NCBI GenBank assembly: GCA_031459875.1
Contig: JAVKHQ010000033.1
Span: forward strand, 1-28,370
Length of the DNA: 28,370 bases
From: Candidatus Fervidifonticultor sextus
Lineage (GTDB): Bacteria; Sysuimicrobiota; Sysuimicrobiia; Sysuimicrobiales; Humicultoraceae
Direction: 5' to 3'
Positions within the stretch are counted from its first letter, which is position 1. Every line of letters starts with the position of its first letter. The translations under genes were made by a program, and so were the position numbers. The notes beneath the pieces are model-generated. The model worked only from the letters and a program-made list of their open reading frames with translations, was not told the origin of the DNA and did not search any database. Below, piece by piece: positions 10,113-17,873 of the stretch.

Positions 10113-10256
10113 CTACTGAATGACGACGCGTCGGTGCGTCGCGAGCAGCCAGATCAGGAACGCCAGGAGCAGGATCACCACGAGTTCAGCCTGCCCTGAT
10201 TCTCCGAGGCGCCTGCGCACCCAGGCACGAAGCAACATCTCAACCGTCGTCAGCAC
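10113..10256 (-). CDS. 47-aa single-TM peptide with a prepilin/Flp-like leader (not in ORF track)
   Basis: GGAGG RBS then GTG: MLTTVEMLLRAWVRRRLGESGQAELVVILLLAFLIWLLATHRRVVIQ*. Confidence 0.6.
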   Translation of the reverse strand: MLTTVEMLLRAWVRRRLGESGQAELVVILLLAFLIWLLATHRRVVIQ

Positions 10257-10370
10257 ATGTCACCTCCGCGGGATGAAAGGGTGTGACCCGGCTTCTGCCT
10301 TCCCCTTCAACTCTGTCCTCCGGACAGGTCCAAACACCATGGCGAGAGGGTCCAGGGGTGGTTCCGGCGC

Positions 10371-10448
10371 TGGCGGGCCCGGAGGGACTCGAACCCTCAA
10401 CCGGACGACTTAGAAGGTCGCCGCTCTGTCCAATTGAGCTACGGGCCC
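10371..10448 (-). tRNA. tRNA-Arg(TCT)
   Basis: Minus strand GGGCCCG...GCGAC-CTTCTAA-GTCGT...GAGGG-TTCGAGT-CCCTC-CGGGCCC-G-CCA. Confidence 0.95.
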
Positions 10449-10624
10449 GACGACCCTTGTTGCTCCCGCGACATCCGCAGCGGGGTCAGGACTCAAGACC
10501 GTCCGGCACCCCGTCCCGCCTGACATAGTATACCGTATCTCCTTGCGGACAGGAGACCGCGAGGACCCGAAGGTTCGGGCAGAGGGAGTACGTGTCTAAA
10601 ACCCCGGCTCTTGGGGACTAATCG

Positions 10625-10708
10625 CCTCTGGAATCCCTTTGCCTCCTCTCCAGCCCCCGACCTGGGGTTCGTCAGCGCCGAGGGATTTGCCGACTACCCG
10701 GCCGGAGG
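10625..10708 (+). promoter_or_regulatory. Structured leader, possibly a degenerate c-di-GMP-II-like element masking the RBS
   Basis: CCTCTGG(10625-31) pairs with CCGGAGG(10702-08, includes the RBS). Inner stem AATCCCT/AGGGATT. ACCCGGCC junction is identical to that of the riboswitch at 15827-15900. Confidence 0.35.
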
Positions 10709-10712
10709 TATG

Positions 10713-11153
10713 GTGTTGAGGAAGACTGCCAACGAGACGGGCCGCAGCGTCATCGAGCTGGTCATGGTCGCCGGCCTGCTGGGCATCCTGGTAACCGGCG
10801 GTCTCTACAGCGTGCGCCGGGCGGCGGCCCGCGAGGAGGCCGACGGCTGGGTCCGGGCCATCGTCTACGACATCGCGGCGGGCCAGCAGGCGGCCATCAC
10901 GCGGCGGACCACGGTCGCTGCCGTATTTCAAGACCGGACCTACGTCATCGCGGCGATCGGGGGAGGGATCATCCGTCAGGACACCCTGCCCGCCCACATG
11001 ACGTTCGGACCGCTCCCCCGGACCCTGACCTTTGACCGACGGGGCATCCCCGCTGGCGATCTCACCGTGAACCTGGCCAGTCCCGCGACGGGGCGGTCGT
11101 ACACGATCACGGTCGAGCCAGAGACCGGGCGCGTGAGCTACCGTGAACCGTAG
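10713..11153 (+). CDS. Type IV minor pilin, FimT/GspH-like
   Basis: Class III signal ETG|RSVIELVMVAGLLGILV; C-terminal LTFDRRG...ITVEPETGRV typical of FimT/GspH. Start is ATG 10710, GTG 10713 or TTG 10716. Confidence 0.8.
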   Translation: MLRKTANETGRSVIELVMVAGLLGILVTGGLYSVRRAAAREEADGWVRAIVYDIAAGQQAAITRRTTVAAVFQDRTYVIAAIGGGIIRQDTLPAHMTFGPLPRTLTFDRRGIPAGDLTVNLASPATGRSYTITVEPETGRVSYREP

Positions 11154-11595
11154 GGACGAAAGCCCCGGGTTCACCCTCATCGAGATCGTCGTCACGCTGG
11201 CGATCCTGGGCCTGGTGGCAACCGGTGTGATGGGCGGGCTGCTGTCTGCGATGGCCGAATCCCGTCGCGGATTCGACCGTGCCCAGGCGGTCGCCTGGGT
11301 GCAGTCTGAATTGGATTTCCTGCGCATCCAGGGGTATGGCATCGCACCGACGGCGACCCCGCGGCGCATTCCCGACCCGACGCATCCGGACAACGATCCC
11401 GCGACCGGGTACCTGCCGAACTACGGAGACCTCGAGGAACCGAGGATCCCCCCGGGCTTCTATCAGGCCGAGGTGGAAGTCAGCGAGGTGTCGGGCCTGC
11501 CGCTCAAACGCCTGGCCGTCCGCCTCTACCAGCGCCCGGGGTCTCCACCCTATACCATCCTGGTGACGTATGTGTCGCGGTTCGAGACCCCCTGA
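11143..11595 (+). CDS. Type IV minor pilin, PilV-like
   Basis: G|FTLIEIVVTLAILGLV N-methylation motif. Confidence 0.88.
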   Translation: MNRRDESPGFTLIEIVVTLAILGLVATGVMGGLLSAMAESRRGFDRAQAVAWVQSELDFLRIQGYGIAPTATPRRIPDPTHPDNDPATGYLPNYGDLEEPRIPPGFYQAEVEVSEVSGLPLKRLAVRLYQRPGSPPYTILVTYVSRFETP

Positions 11596-12268
11596 GGCCC
11601 CCCGCGGCTTCACGCTCGTCGAGGTCCTGGTGGCCGTCGGCGTGATGGTGTTCCTGGTCGGTACCCTCTCGGTCCTGGTCGGGGCCGCGGTCCGGAGCAG
11701 GATGATCGTCGCCGTCCGCTCCGCCGACACCGAGACGGCCCGCCAGACCCTGGAGTGGATGTCCGAGCGCCTTCGCAACGCCGGGCTGAACATCCATCCC
11801 AGCCAGCAGCCGGCGGAGCGCTGCCGCGATATGGTCGTGGCCCTGGTCCCGTCGCTGCGGCCTCGACCCGACCGCGTCTACGTCAGCGGGGAGATCCTGA
11901 ACTCCGACACCATCGCCGGCAACGAGGTCATCACGCTGGGATACTACCTCGAGGGTGGCGCGGTCTGGGAGGTGAGCGGCTCCTGCAACGCCATCTGGGC
12001 GCCGACACCCTCTCGGGTCTCCGACCCGCGGGTGACCGTCACCGACCTGGTGTTCCGATTCTACACGCGCACCGGAACCGAAGTCTCCGTGCCGACCGAC
12101 GACGTGGAGGCTATCCGCAGCATCCGGCTGATCACCATTGCCATCACGGTTCAGGGGCAGGAGGGCCGCTCGGGGATCCAGACCCAAACCTTCACGCGCC
12201 TGGTGGCGCTGCGCAACCCGCGTCCCGATGCCAACGACTGGCTGAGCCCGAGCGAGACCTATCCGTGA
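11570..12268 (+). CDS. Type IV minor pilin, PilW-like
   Basis: RG|FTLVEVLVAV, RLRNAG helix and C-terminal IRLITIAITV...VALRN pattern. Confidence 0.88.
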   Translation: MCRGSRPPEAPRGFTLVEVLVAVGVMVFLVGTLSVLVGAAVRSRMIVAVRSADTETARQTLEWMSERLRNAGLNIHPSQQPAERCRDMVVALVPSLRPRPDRVYVSGEILNSDTIAGNEVITLGYYLEGGAVWEVSGSCNAIWAPTPSRVSDPRVTVTDLVFRFYTRTGTEVSVPTDDVEAIRSIRLITIAITVQGQEGRSGIQTQTFTRLVALRNPRPDANDWLSPSETYP

Positions 12269-13713
12269 GACTCCCCGTGCGGCGCCCCAGGGGCATCTTC
12301 GGTCGGGCGGTCGGGGACTGGCCCGGGCAGGACGGCGCGGCCCTGCTGGCCGTGCTGCTCACCGTCACGCTCATCCTGATCGTGACCGTGGCGGTGATGG
12401 CCATCGTCCAGGCGGACCTGGCCGCCGGCATCCGCCAGCAGCAGGCCGTCCAGGTCTTCAACATCGCCGAGGCCGGCGTGCACCACGCCATCGCCCGCCT
12501 GCAGATCGCCGGAGCCCAGACCTACACGGGAGAGACCATCAGTATGACCGACGGCTCGGCGACCCTCGGCCAGGCCGCCATCGTAGTTGAGTGCCTGGAC
12601 GGGACCAGCCCGTCGGTCAATGCGTGCGCCGGCGCCAACGCCGCGTACCGCCGCGTCCGCTCCACGGGCACGCTGACCGTCACCGGGCCGGTCCGGGTCG
12701 TGACGGCTATCCTGGAAGGGACCACCTCCGTTACCAGCAACTACGCCGTCTGTGGATACGAAGGGGTGACGCTGGACCAGGGCGTCCGGGTCTACGGGGA
12801 CGTGGGCAGCAACGCCAGCATCATGCTGGCCCGAGGAGGTAGCCCCGCGAGGATCTGCGATTCATCGGCCGGTGGCTCGTGCCCGGCCCCCGATCCGCCA
12901 TCCCCGCAGGCCTACTCGGGCAGCGCCTACGCGGTCGGCACCATCACCTGCGGCGGCGCGGCCTGTAACGCGTCGCAGATCGAGGGGACCGTCGCCCCCA
13001 ACCAGCCGGCCGGGTCGGTCTGTCCGCCCGTGGCCCTCGTGCCGCCGTCCCCGCCGGGGGAGACGCCGTTGAACGTTCCGGGCGGAAGCACGGTCACGGT
13101 GGACCCCTCGGTCAACTACGGGGCGGTGACCCTGGCCTCGACGGGCACCGATGTGTGCCCGGCGGACGTCAGCCAGCGGGCCACGCTGGTGATCGATTCC
13201 GGCAGCGACCCCGAGGCCACCGTCACGGTTCGGATGCGCTCGCTCCGGGTGGGCAAGTGCGCCAGGGTGGTGATCCTCGGGACCGGCCGGGTCACCCTGT
13301 GGCTCCTCGAACCGGCGACCTCACCGCCCGAAGCCGCCCGGCAGGCCCTCAAGGCGGAGCAACTTTCCGTCTTCGGATCGACGAGTGCGGGCGCCACCCC
13401 GACCCCCATCGCCGGAGGCCGGTTCACCGTCAACGTCCTCTCGTCGAAACCCCTGGAGGATCCCGGGGACTGCCTGGACGGGACGGCAGCGTGTCCGGCG
13501 GTGCAGTTCAACCAGTCGGGGATGATCGCCGCGACCTTCGTCGTGCCCAACGGTGGGTTCAAACTGGATCAGGCCCAGCTGACCACAGGGGCGATCCTCG
13601 CCGGCCGGGTGCGGCTCGACCGCGGGTCCACCTTCACGTGGGACGCGTCGTCGCGCACGACCCCCGGCGTCTACGGGAACTTCACCCGGCTGAAGGCGTG
13701 GAAGGACCAGTAG
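12265..13713 (+). CDS. Large PilX/ComZ-like minor pilin with Cys-rich C-terminal domain
   Basis: DG|AALLAVLLTVTLIL (no E5, as in PilX), FNIAEAGV motif, 12 Cys, ends AWKDQ. GTGA coupling at 12265; the track's 5' extension is an artefact. Confidence 0.82.
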   Translation: MRLPVRRPRGIFGRAVGDWPGQDGAALLAVLLTVTLILIVTVAVMAIVQADLAAGIRQQQAVQVFNIAEAGVHHAIARLQIAGAQTYTGETISMTDGSATLGQAAIVVECLDGTSPSVNACAGANAAYRRVRSTGTLTVTGPVRVVTAILEGTTSVTSNYAVCGYEGVTLDQGVRVYGDVGSNASIMLARGGSPARICDSSAGGSCPAPDPPSPQAYSGSAYAVGTITCGGAACNASQIEGTVAPNQPAGSVCPPVALVPPSPPGETPLNVPGGSTVTVDPSVNYGAVTLASTGTDVCPADVSQRATLVIDSGSDPEATVTVRMRSLRVGKCARVVILGTGRVTLWLLEPATSPPEAARQALKAEQLSVFGSTSAGATPTPIAGGRFTVNVLSSKPLEDPGDCLDGTAACPAVQFNQSGMIAATFVVPNGGFKLDQAQLTTGAILAGRVRLDRGSTFTWDASSRTTPGVYGNFTRLKAWKDQ

Positions 13714-13720
13714 GGCTCAT

Positions 13721-15133
13721 TCAGGGGAGTTCTTCCCAGGCGGCCGCCCAGGCGACCACCGGCGCATCCGGCGGGAGCCGCAGCCCCGGGGTGCCCATCA
13801 CCGCCGGGTCGTAGCGGACGACCACCAACCCCCCGGAGTTGCGGAAACTCAGGACGGGATCTCCGGTCAGGACCGCGCCGACCACGTCCACGCGGGCCCC
13901 GTCGTCGACGGCGAGCGTCCTGGTCGCGTAGAGCAGGCCGTGGACCCTGAGGACCGCACCCTCGGTCACGACCAGGGTGCTTCGATCCAGCGCAATCAGG
14001 CCGGGCTGCGTGCGCGTGGCCTGGGTGTGGACGACCTCCAGCACGCTCCTGTGGCTGAGATAGACCGCCCCCTCGACGACCAGGGCGCCGTCGACGAGGT
14101 GAAGGCGCTGGCCGTCGCCGAGGAGCAGGGCGCCCTGAACATAGACGGGCCCGCGCAGGGGGGGCGGCACGGCCAGCGCGGACAGGTACGCCTGGATCTG
14201 GTCGAACTCCTGCGCCGAGTAGAGGCTGTCGGGTTTGTGGATCAGGTCGGCGTTGCCCGCCACCGTGCCGGCCGCCGCATTGAGGGCGGCGTTGGCGGTG
14301 TTGGCCGCCGCCCTGGCCCGGAAGTACGCCCGGTCCACCTCGGGCAGCGGCGGGAGGCTCTGCAGCGCCGGCAGGCGCATCTCCCGGATCTGCACGCCCA
14401 TGGCCTGAAGCTGCTGGTCGTCGACGCGCGCGTTCGGCCGGCCGATCGTCAGGGCCGCATCCCGCGTCAGCAAGACGCGCACGGGATCCGACCGTCCGAC
14501 CCCCTTCAGGGAGGCTGGGGTCCCCAGACCGTCTGCGGGTCCGGGACCGAACTCCGGGATCGACGTCGGGTGGTTCAGCAGGATGTCGCTCCGCGGAAAC
14601 CACAGTTCCCGGGCCGTGGCGATGTGGACCCACGGCCGGTCGCCGACGCCGGCGCCGTAGGGCAGGATGAAGGTCCGGGCCGGAGGGCCCTGGAGCTGCA
14701 CCATGCCCGGCGCGTAGAGCGCGACCAGGAGGGCGGGGGAGGCCAGGTAGACGCGCGCCCGCAGGCGCCGCGCAACGCCTCCCACCTCCGCGGCGCTGGT
14801 GATCAGCACGGCCCCGTCGGCCTGGTCGGTGACGGATACGGTGAAACGGCCCGGCAGGATCCCGGCGGAGAGGGTTTCCGAATACTCCATCGGCCGCCAC
14901 CCCCGGCCAGTTCCTGAGAGCGCCGCCGGGGCCTCCAGGACGGCCAGCGCGCGGTGGATCCCGGCTTCGGCCAGCACGGCAGCGGCCAGGGTCCGCGACC
15001 GCATCCCGGCCGCAGCCTGCTGGCGGCTCATCAGCGTGACGAACGTCGCCGACGAGCCGCCGATCGCGAACAGGACCAGGACCACCGCCAGCAGCGCGAC
15101 GCCGCGCTCCGGGCCAGACGGCCGGCGGTCCAT
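13721..15133 (-). CDS. Second large PilX/ComZ-like minor pilin (Cys-free, beta-solenoid-like C-terminus)
   Basis: ERG|VALLAVVLVL, LAEAGI motif, repeated G-hydrophobic strands (GPVYVQG, GALVVEG, GLLYA, GAVLTG), ends AWEELP. Confidence 0.82.
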   Translation of the reverse strand: MDRRPSGPERGVALLAVVLVLFAIGGSSATFVTLMSRQQAAAGMRSRTLAAAVLAEAGIHRALAVLEAPAALSGTGRGWRPMEYSETLSAGILPGRFTVSVTDQADGAVLITSAAEVGGVARRLRARVYLASPALLVALYAPGMVQLQGPPARTFILPYGAGVGDRPWVHIATARELWFPRSDILLNHPTSIPEFGPGPADGLGTPASLKGVGRSDPVRVLLTRDAALTIGRPNARVDDQQLQAMGVQIREMRLPALQSLPPLPEVDRAYFRARAAANTANAALNAAAGTVAGNADLIHKPDSLYSAQEFDQIQAYLSALAVPPPLRGPVYVQGALLLGDGQRLHLVDGALVVEGAVYLSHRSVLEVVHTQATRTQPGLIALDRSTLVVTEGAVLRVHGLLYATRTLAVDDGARVDVVGAVLTGDPVLSFRNSGGLVVVRYDPAVMGTPGLRLPPDAPVVAWAAAWEELP

Positions 15134-15200
15134 CAGCACTCCCGTGCCCTCAACGATTCTCCGTCCCACCCCTCACGAGCCCTTCCTCATCCGTACCGGA

Positions 15201-15746
15201 TCAGTTGAGCGGGCATCCCAGGTTGTTCGCCGTGTCGAAGTTCGACGCCAACCCCAGCATGGTGCTCCGGTCGCCGATGGCCAGCGCGGCGTTCGTCATC
15301 GAGATCACCTGAGCCGTCGTGTAGGGATACCCCCCGCTCACCGACGGATGCGCCGAGTTGAGCAGTGCCGCCACGGCGGCACGCAGCAGGATCCGGGCTG
15401 CGCCCTCGACTCCGCTACCACCCGTGAAGCCCAGCGCCTGGAGCAGGGTGGCGCCGGCGAGGCTCGGGAACGGGATGGCGAAGACGCCGCCCACCGGTGC
15501 GCTGGAGCTGTAGCCGACCCAGGCCGTGGGGTGGTTCTTCCAGAAGCCCGGCGTGCACCCCATCGGAGCCGGCGTGGGGGTTGGCGTCGCGGTGGCCTTG
15601 CCGGTCGCTGGGGTCGTCGGGGTCTTCGTCGGCTCGGGCGTCCCACCGCCGTCTCCCCCGGCCCACGTCAGACCGGTGTCGCCCGACAGGTAGAGCAGAC
15701 TCAGGACCAACACGGCCATCGTGACGACTGCCGCCGCCTTCTCCAT
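15201..15746 (-). CDS. Secreted/surface protein with Pro/Thr linker and GCTPGFWKNH domain
   Basis: GGAGGA RBS, hydrophobic N-terminus, TPEPTKTPTTPAT...TPTPTPAP linker, two Cys (GCTPG, LGCPLN). Confidence 0.8.
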   Translation of the reverse strand: MEKAAAVVTMAVLVLSLLYLSGDTGLTWAGGDGGGTPEPTKTPTTPATGKATATPTPTPAPMGCTPGFWKNHPTAWVGYSSSAPVGGVFAIPFPSLAGATLLQALGFTGGSGVEGAARILLRAAVAALLNSAHPSVSGGYPYTTAQVISMTNAALAIGDRSTMLGLASNFDTANNLGCPLN

Positions 15747-15803
15747 GATATCCTCCCCGTGTGTCTGGCGTCGGTCGGAGCGCACCAGTCTGCGTGGTTT
15801 TGG

Positions 15804-15838
15804 AAAACCAAAACCCGGCCTGGGCGTCTGGCCGGGTT
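15804..15838 (-). terminator. Intrinsic terminator forming the riboswitch expression platform
   Basis: AACCCGGCC/GGCCGGGTT 9-bp stem running into TTTTGGTTTT; the 5' arm overlaps the aptamer 3' end. Confidence 0.7.
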
Positions 15839-15900
15839 CGCCACTCGCTCGGCGCGGGTCAGGCGACCATCAGTACGATCCGCGCGTCATTGCATCCAGA
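15827..15900 (-). ncRNA. c-di-GMP-II class riboswitch aptamer
   Basis: TCTGG-ATGC-AATGAC-GCGCGGATC-GTACTGATGG-TCGCC-TGACCCGCGC-CGAGCG-AGT-GGCGA-ACCCGG-CCAGA. Shows P1 TCTGG/CCAGA, kink-turn AATGA/GAG, P3 GCGCGG/CCGCGC and pseudoknot TCGCC/GGCGA, colinear with the class II architecture. Confidence 0.82.
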
Positions 15901-15925
15901 AATCGCTGAGCGCCGTTTTACCCGA

Positions 15926-15954
15926 ATTCTGCGCCCTGCCCCCCGTTTCGTCAA
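15926..15954 (-). promoter_or_regulatory. Possible sigma70 promoter feeding the riboswitch leader
   Basis: TTGACG-17 nt-CAGAAT on the minus strand, about 25 nt before the aptamer. Confidence 0.5.
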
Positions 15955-15997
15955 GAGAAGATCACGGCAAGTTTCCGGGAGCCGGGTTGGGGACGCG

Positions 15998-16561
15998 CTA
16001 GACGGCCTCCACCCAGCCGTGGCCCACGTAGAACTGCTTCCGCCACATCGTACCGCGATAGCCCCGGGCCTCGCGCAGCACCCAGTGCCCGGTCTGGACG
16101 TCGTAGGTCGCCATCAGGAGTTCGGCGCCCTCGGGCAGCGCGTGGTCCACCGCCTCCTTTGCCAGGGCCGCCAGTTCCGCGATGTGCTCCAGCGCCGCGG
16201 CGACCGGCTCCTCCAGGCTGGCATCCACGTCGCCCCGCACGATGATGCCGCGGTAGTCCATCCGGACCATCAGCCGCAACGGCTGGAGACCGGCCTCGGC
16301 GAGACTGCGGGCGAGGGCGGCGCAGACCGCCCGGGGCGGCGGGGCGGGCAAGCGCGCGGTGACGTCACCAAACGTCACCAGCAGCGGTGCGGCCGGATCG
16401 GACTCGGTGCGCCGGAACGGCATCGTGCGCACCGGCGTCACGCCGCTCCACAGCGCGCGGACGGCGCCGACGGCCCTGGCGTCCAGCACGCCCTCGTCGT
16501 ACCCGATGACGATCTCTGCGGGGCGGTAGAACAGTCTCCGGAAGATCCCCCGCCTAGCCAT
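15998..16561 (-). CDS. Hypothetical protein coupled to the FIST gene
   Basis: ATG 16561 overlaps the FIST stop; GC-rich codon usage; no recognised motif. Confidence 0.7.
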   Translation of the reverse strand: MARRGIFRRLFYRPAEIVIGYDEGVLDARAVGAVRALWSGVTPVRTMPFRRTESDPAAPLLVTFGDVTARLPAPPPRAVCAALARSLAEAGLQPLRLMVRMDYRGIIVRGDVDASLEEPVAAALEHIAELAALAKEAVDHALPEGAELLMATYDVQTGHWVLREARGYRGTMWRKQFYVGHGWVEAV

Positions 16562-17738
16562 CGGGGACCAGCAGCGCGAGACTGGCCGTGAACCCGTGCA
16601 CATAGGGCTGGGTGCCGACCGGGCCGATCTCCCCGTTGCAGAAGACCCCGGCCAGGGGAATCGGCCCCAGGTGGTCCTCGACCGCCTTCACATCGTGGTG
16701 CGGCCGGCCAAACATACCGATTCCCCGCCCGTTGCACGAACAGAGGAGGGCGGCCAGAGGTCGCAACTGGCCGAGGTCCGCCTTCGTCCGGTCGAGGAGG
16801 TCATTGAGGTCCTCGGCGGCGGCCGCCGGGTCCCGCACCTGGAACTGGAGGGTCTGGCCGACCCGCGGGATGGCGCCGACGGCCAGGGCGCCGGTCTCGG
16901 GGATGACGCCGATCAGGTTGCGGATCAGAAAGTCGCCGCGGCGCAGTTCCTCGCGGCGCTCATCGATGGCCAGCCCGACCAGCAGGTTTCCCCGCGCGCG
17001 GGCCTGGAGGCGCGGCGGCAGTCCCCGCAGCGTCTCGATGAGTACGTCATAGGCCGGCCGTTGGCCGATGGTCTCGACGAGGTTCCCCTGGGCGCCGGTG
17101 ATGGTCCACGGCCGGCCGATGGGCGCGGCTCCCTGAGAGACCACCGTCTTCATCCGGTAGGGACCGCCGACCGCCAGCAGCACGGCCCCGCGATCGAAGA
17201 CGCGATCGTCAAGGAAGACGTGGGTCGTCTGTCGCAATGGATTCCCCGACGCCAGCCCGCCCACCAGCGGGATGCCCGGGTAGGCCGCCGACAGTGAGGC
17301 GAGCAGGTGGTCGGCGTCCAGCGTGTAGGGATCGGCCCAGATCAGCCAGCCCCGCAGGGCATCCGGCGCCACGCCGGTGAACCGGTGCCACACCAGGGCG
17401 CCGCCGAGGCGCTCCAGCTCGTCCTGGGTGAGGTGGCTGGCCCGCAGGGTCGCGCCTGGCAGCGCCAGCACCAGCAGCGCCAGCGCGGGGTCACCTTCGA
17501 TCTCCTCCCCGGGCCCGATCACGCCCTGCCCGGAGCATCCGACCAGGAGCCGCGCGCCTACCGCATCCCGGACCGCGGCCACCAGAGACGGGAACTCGGC
17601 GGCGTAGGCGCTGCTGGCGAAGAGGATCGCCAGGTCCGCCCCGCCGTCGGCGCGTGGGAAGAGGCGGAGCCGGTGGATGAGAGCGTCCAGCGCCTCGCGC
17701 CAGTCCGGATCTGCGACGATGGCGGCCGCGGCTGTCAC
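16554..17738 (-). CDS. FIST N/C-domain sensory protein (NosP-like family)
   Basis: LVGCSGQGVIG, PLVGGLASG, VSQGAAPIG, FLIRNLIG, GQTLQFQVRD, CSCNGRG, GVFCNGEIGP, HGFTAS. Confidence 0.92.
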   Translation of the reverse strand: MTAAAAIVADPDWREALDALIHRLRLFPRADGGADLAILFASSAYAAEFPSLVAAVRDAVGARLLVGCSGQGVIGPGEEIEGDPALALLVLALPGATLRASHLTQDELERLGGALVWHRFTGVAPDALRGWLIWADPYTLDADHLLASLSAAYPGIPLVGGLASGNPLRQTTHVFLDDRVFDRGAVLLAVGGPYRMKTVVSQGAAPIGRPWTITGAQGNLVETIGQRPAYDVLIETLRGLPPRLQARARGNLLVGLAIDERREELRRGDFLIRNLIGVIPETGALAVGAIPRVGQTLQFQVRDPAAAAEDLNDLLDRTKADLGQLRPLAALLCSCNGRGIGMFGRPHHDVKAVEDHLGPIPLAGVFCNGEIGPVGTQPYVHGFTASLALLVPDG

Positions 17739-17873
17739 GTCAGGCCTACCTTTCGCTGGGGATTCATCCGGCTCCTCCGGGTTCCCCCGGGCGCAGGCGA
17801 CGACCCGGAGGGTGGGGCAGGACCAAGGATTCCAGACGTGCTTTCTCTAAACAGTTCCGCACAGGGAGGAATC

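Noticed and set aside
10540..10625. Possible c-di-GMP-I or c-di-AMP riboswitch (GTCTAAA, GGGGACTAATC fragments)
   Set aside because: Core elements such as GGCAAA...GCAAAGC or the ydaO conserved blocks are missing.
11755..12264. N-terminal extension of the 652-aa ORF
   Set aside because: Overlaps the PilW-like gene in another frame; the prepilin signal and GTGA coupling place the start near 12265.
10371..12270. bldA-like control of pilins by the adjacent rare tRNA-Arg(UCU), via an AGA at codon 2 of PilX-1
   Set aside because: Rests on one codon and an uncertain start; no AGA enrichment is evident by eye.
17307..17873. N-terminal extension of the 519-aa ORF
   Set aside because: Antisense to the FIST gene; the real start is the RBS-preceded GTG at 17874.
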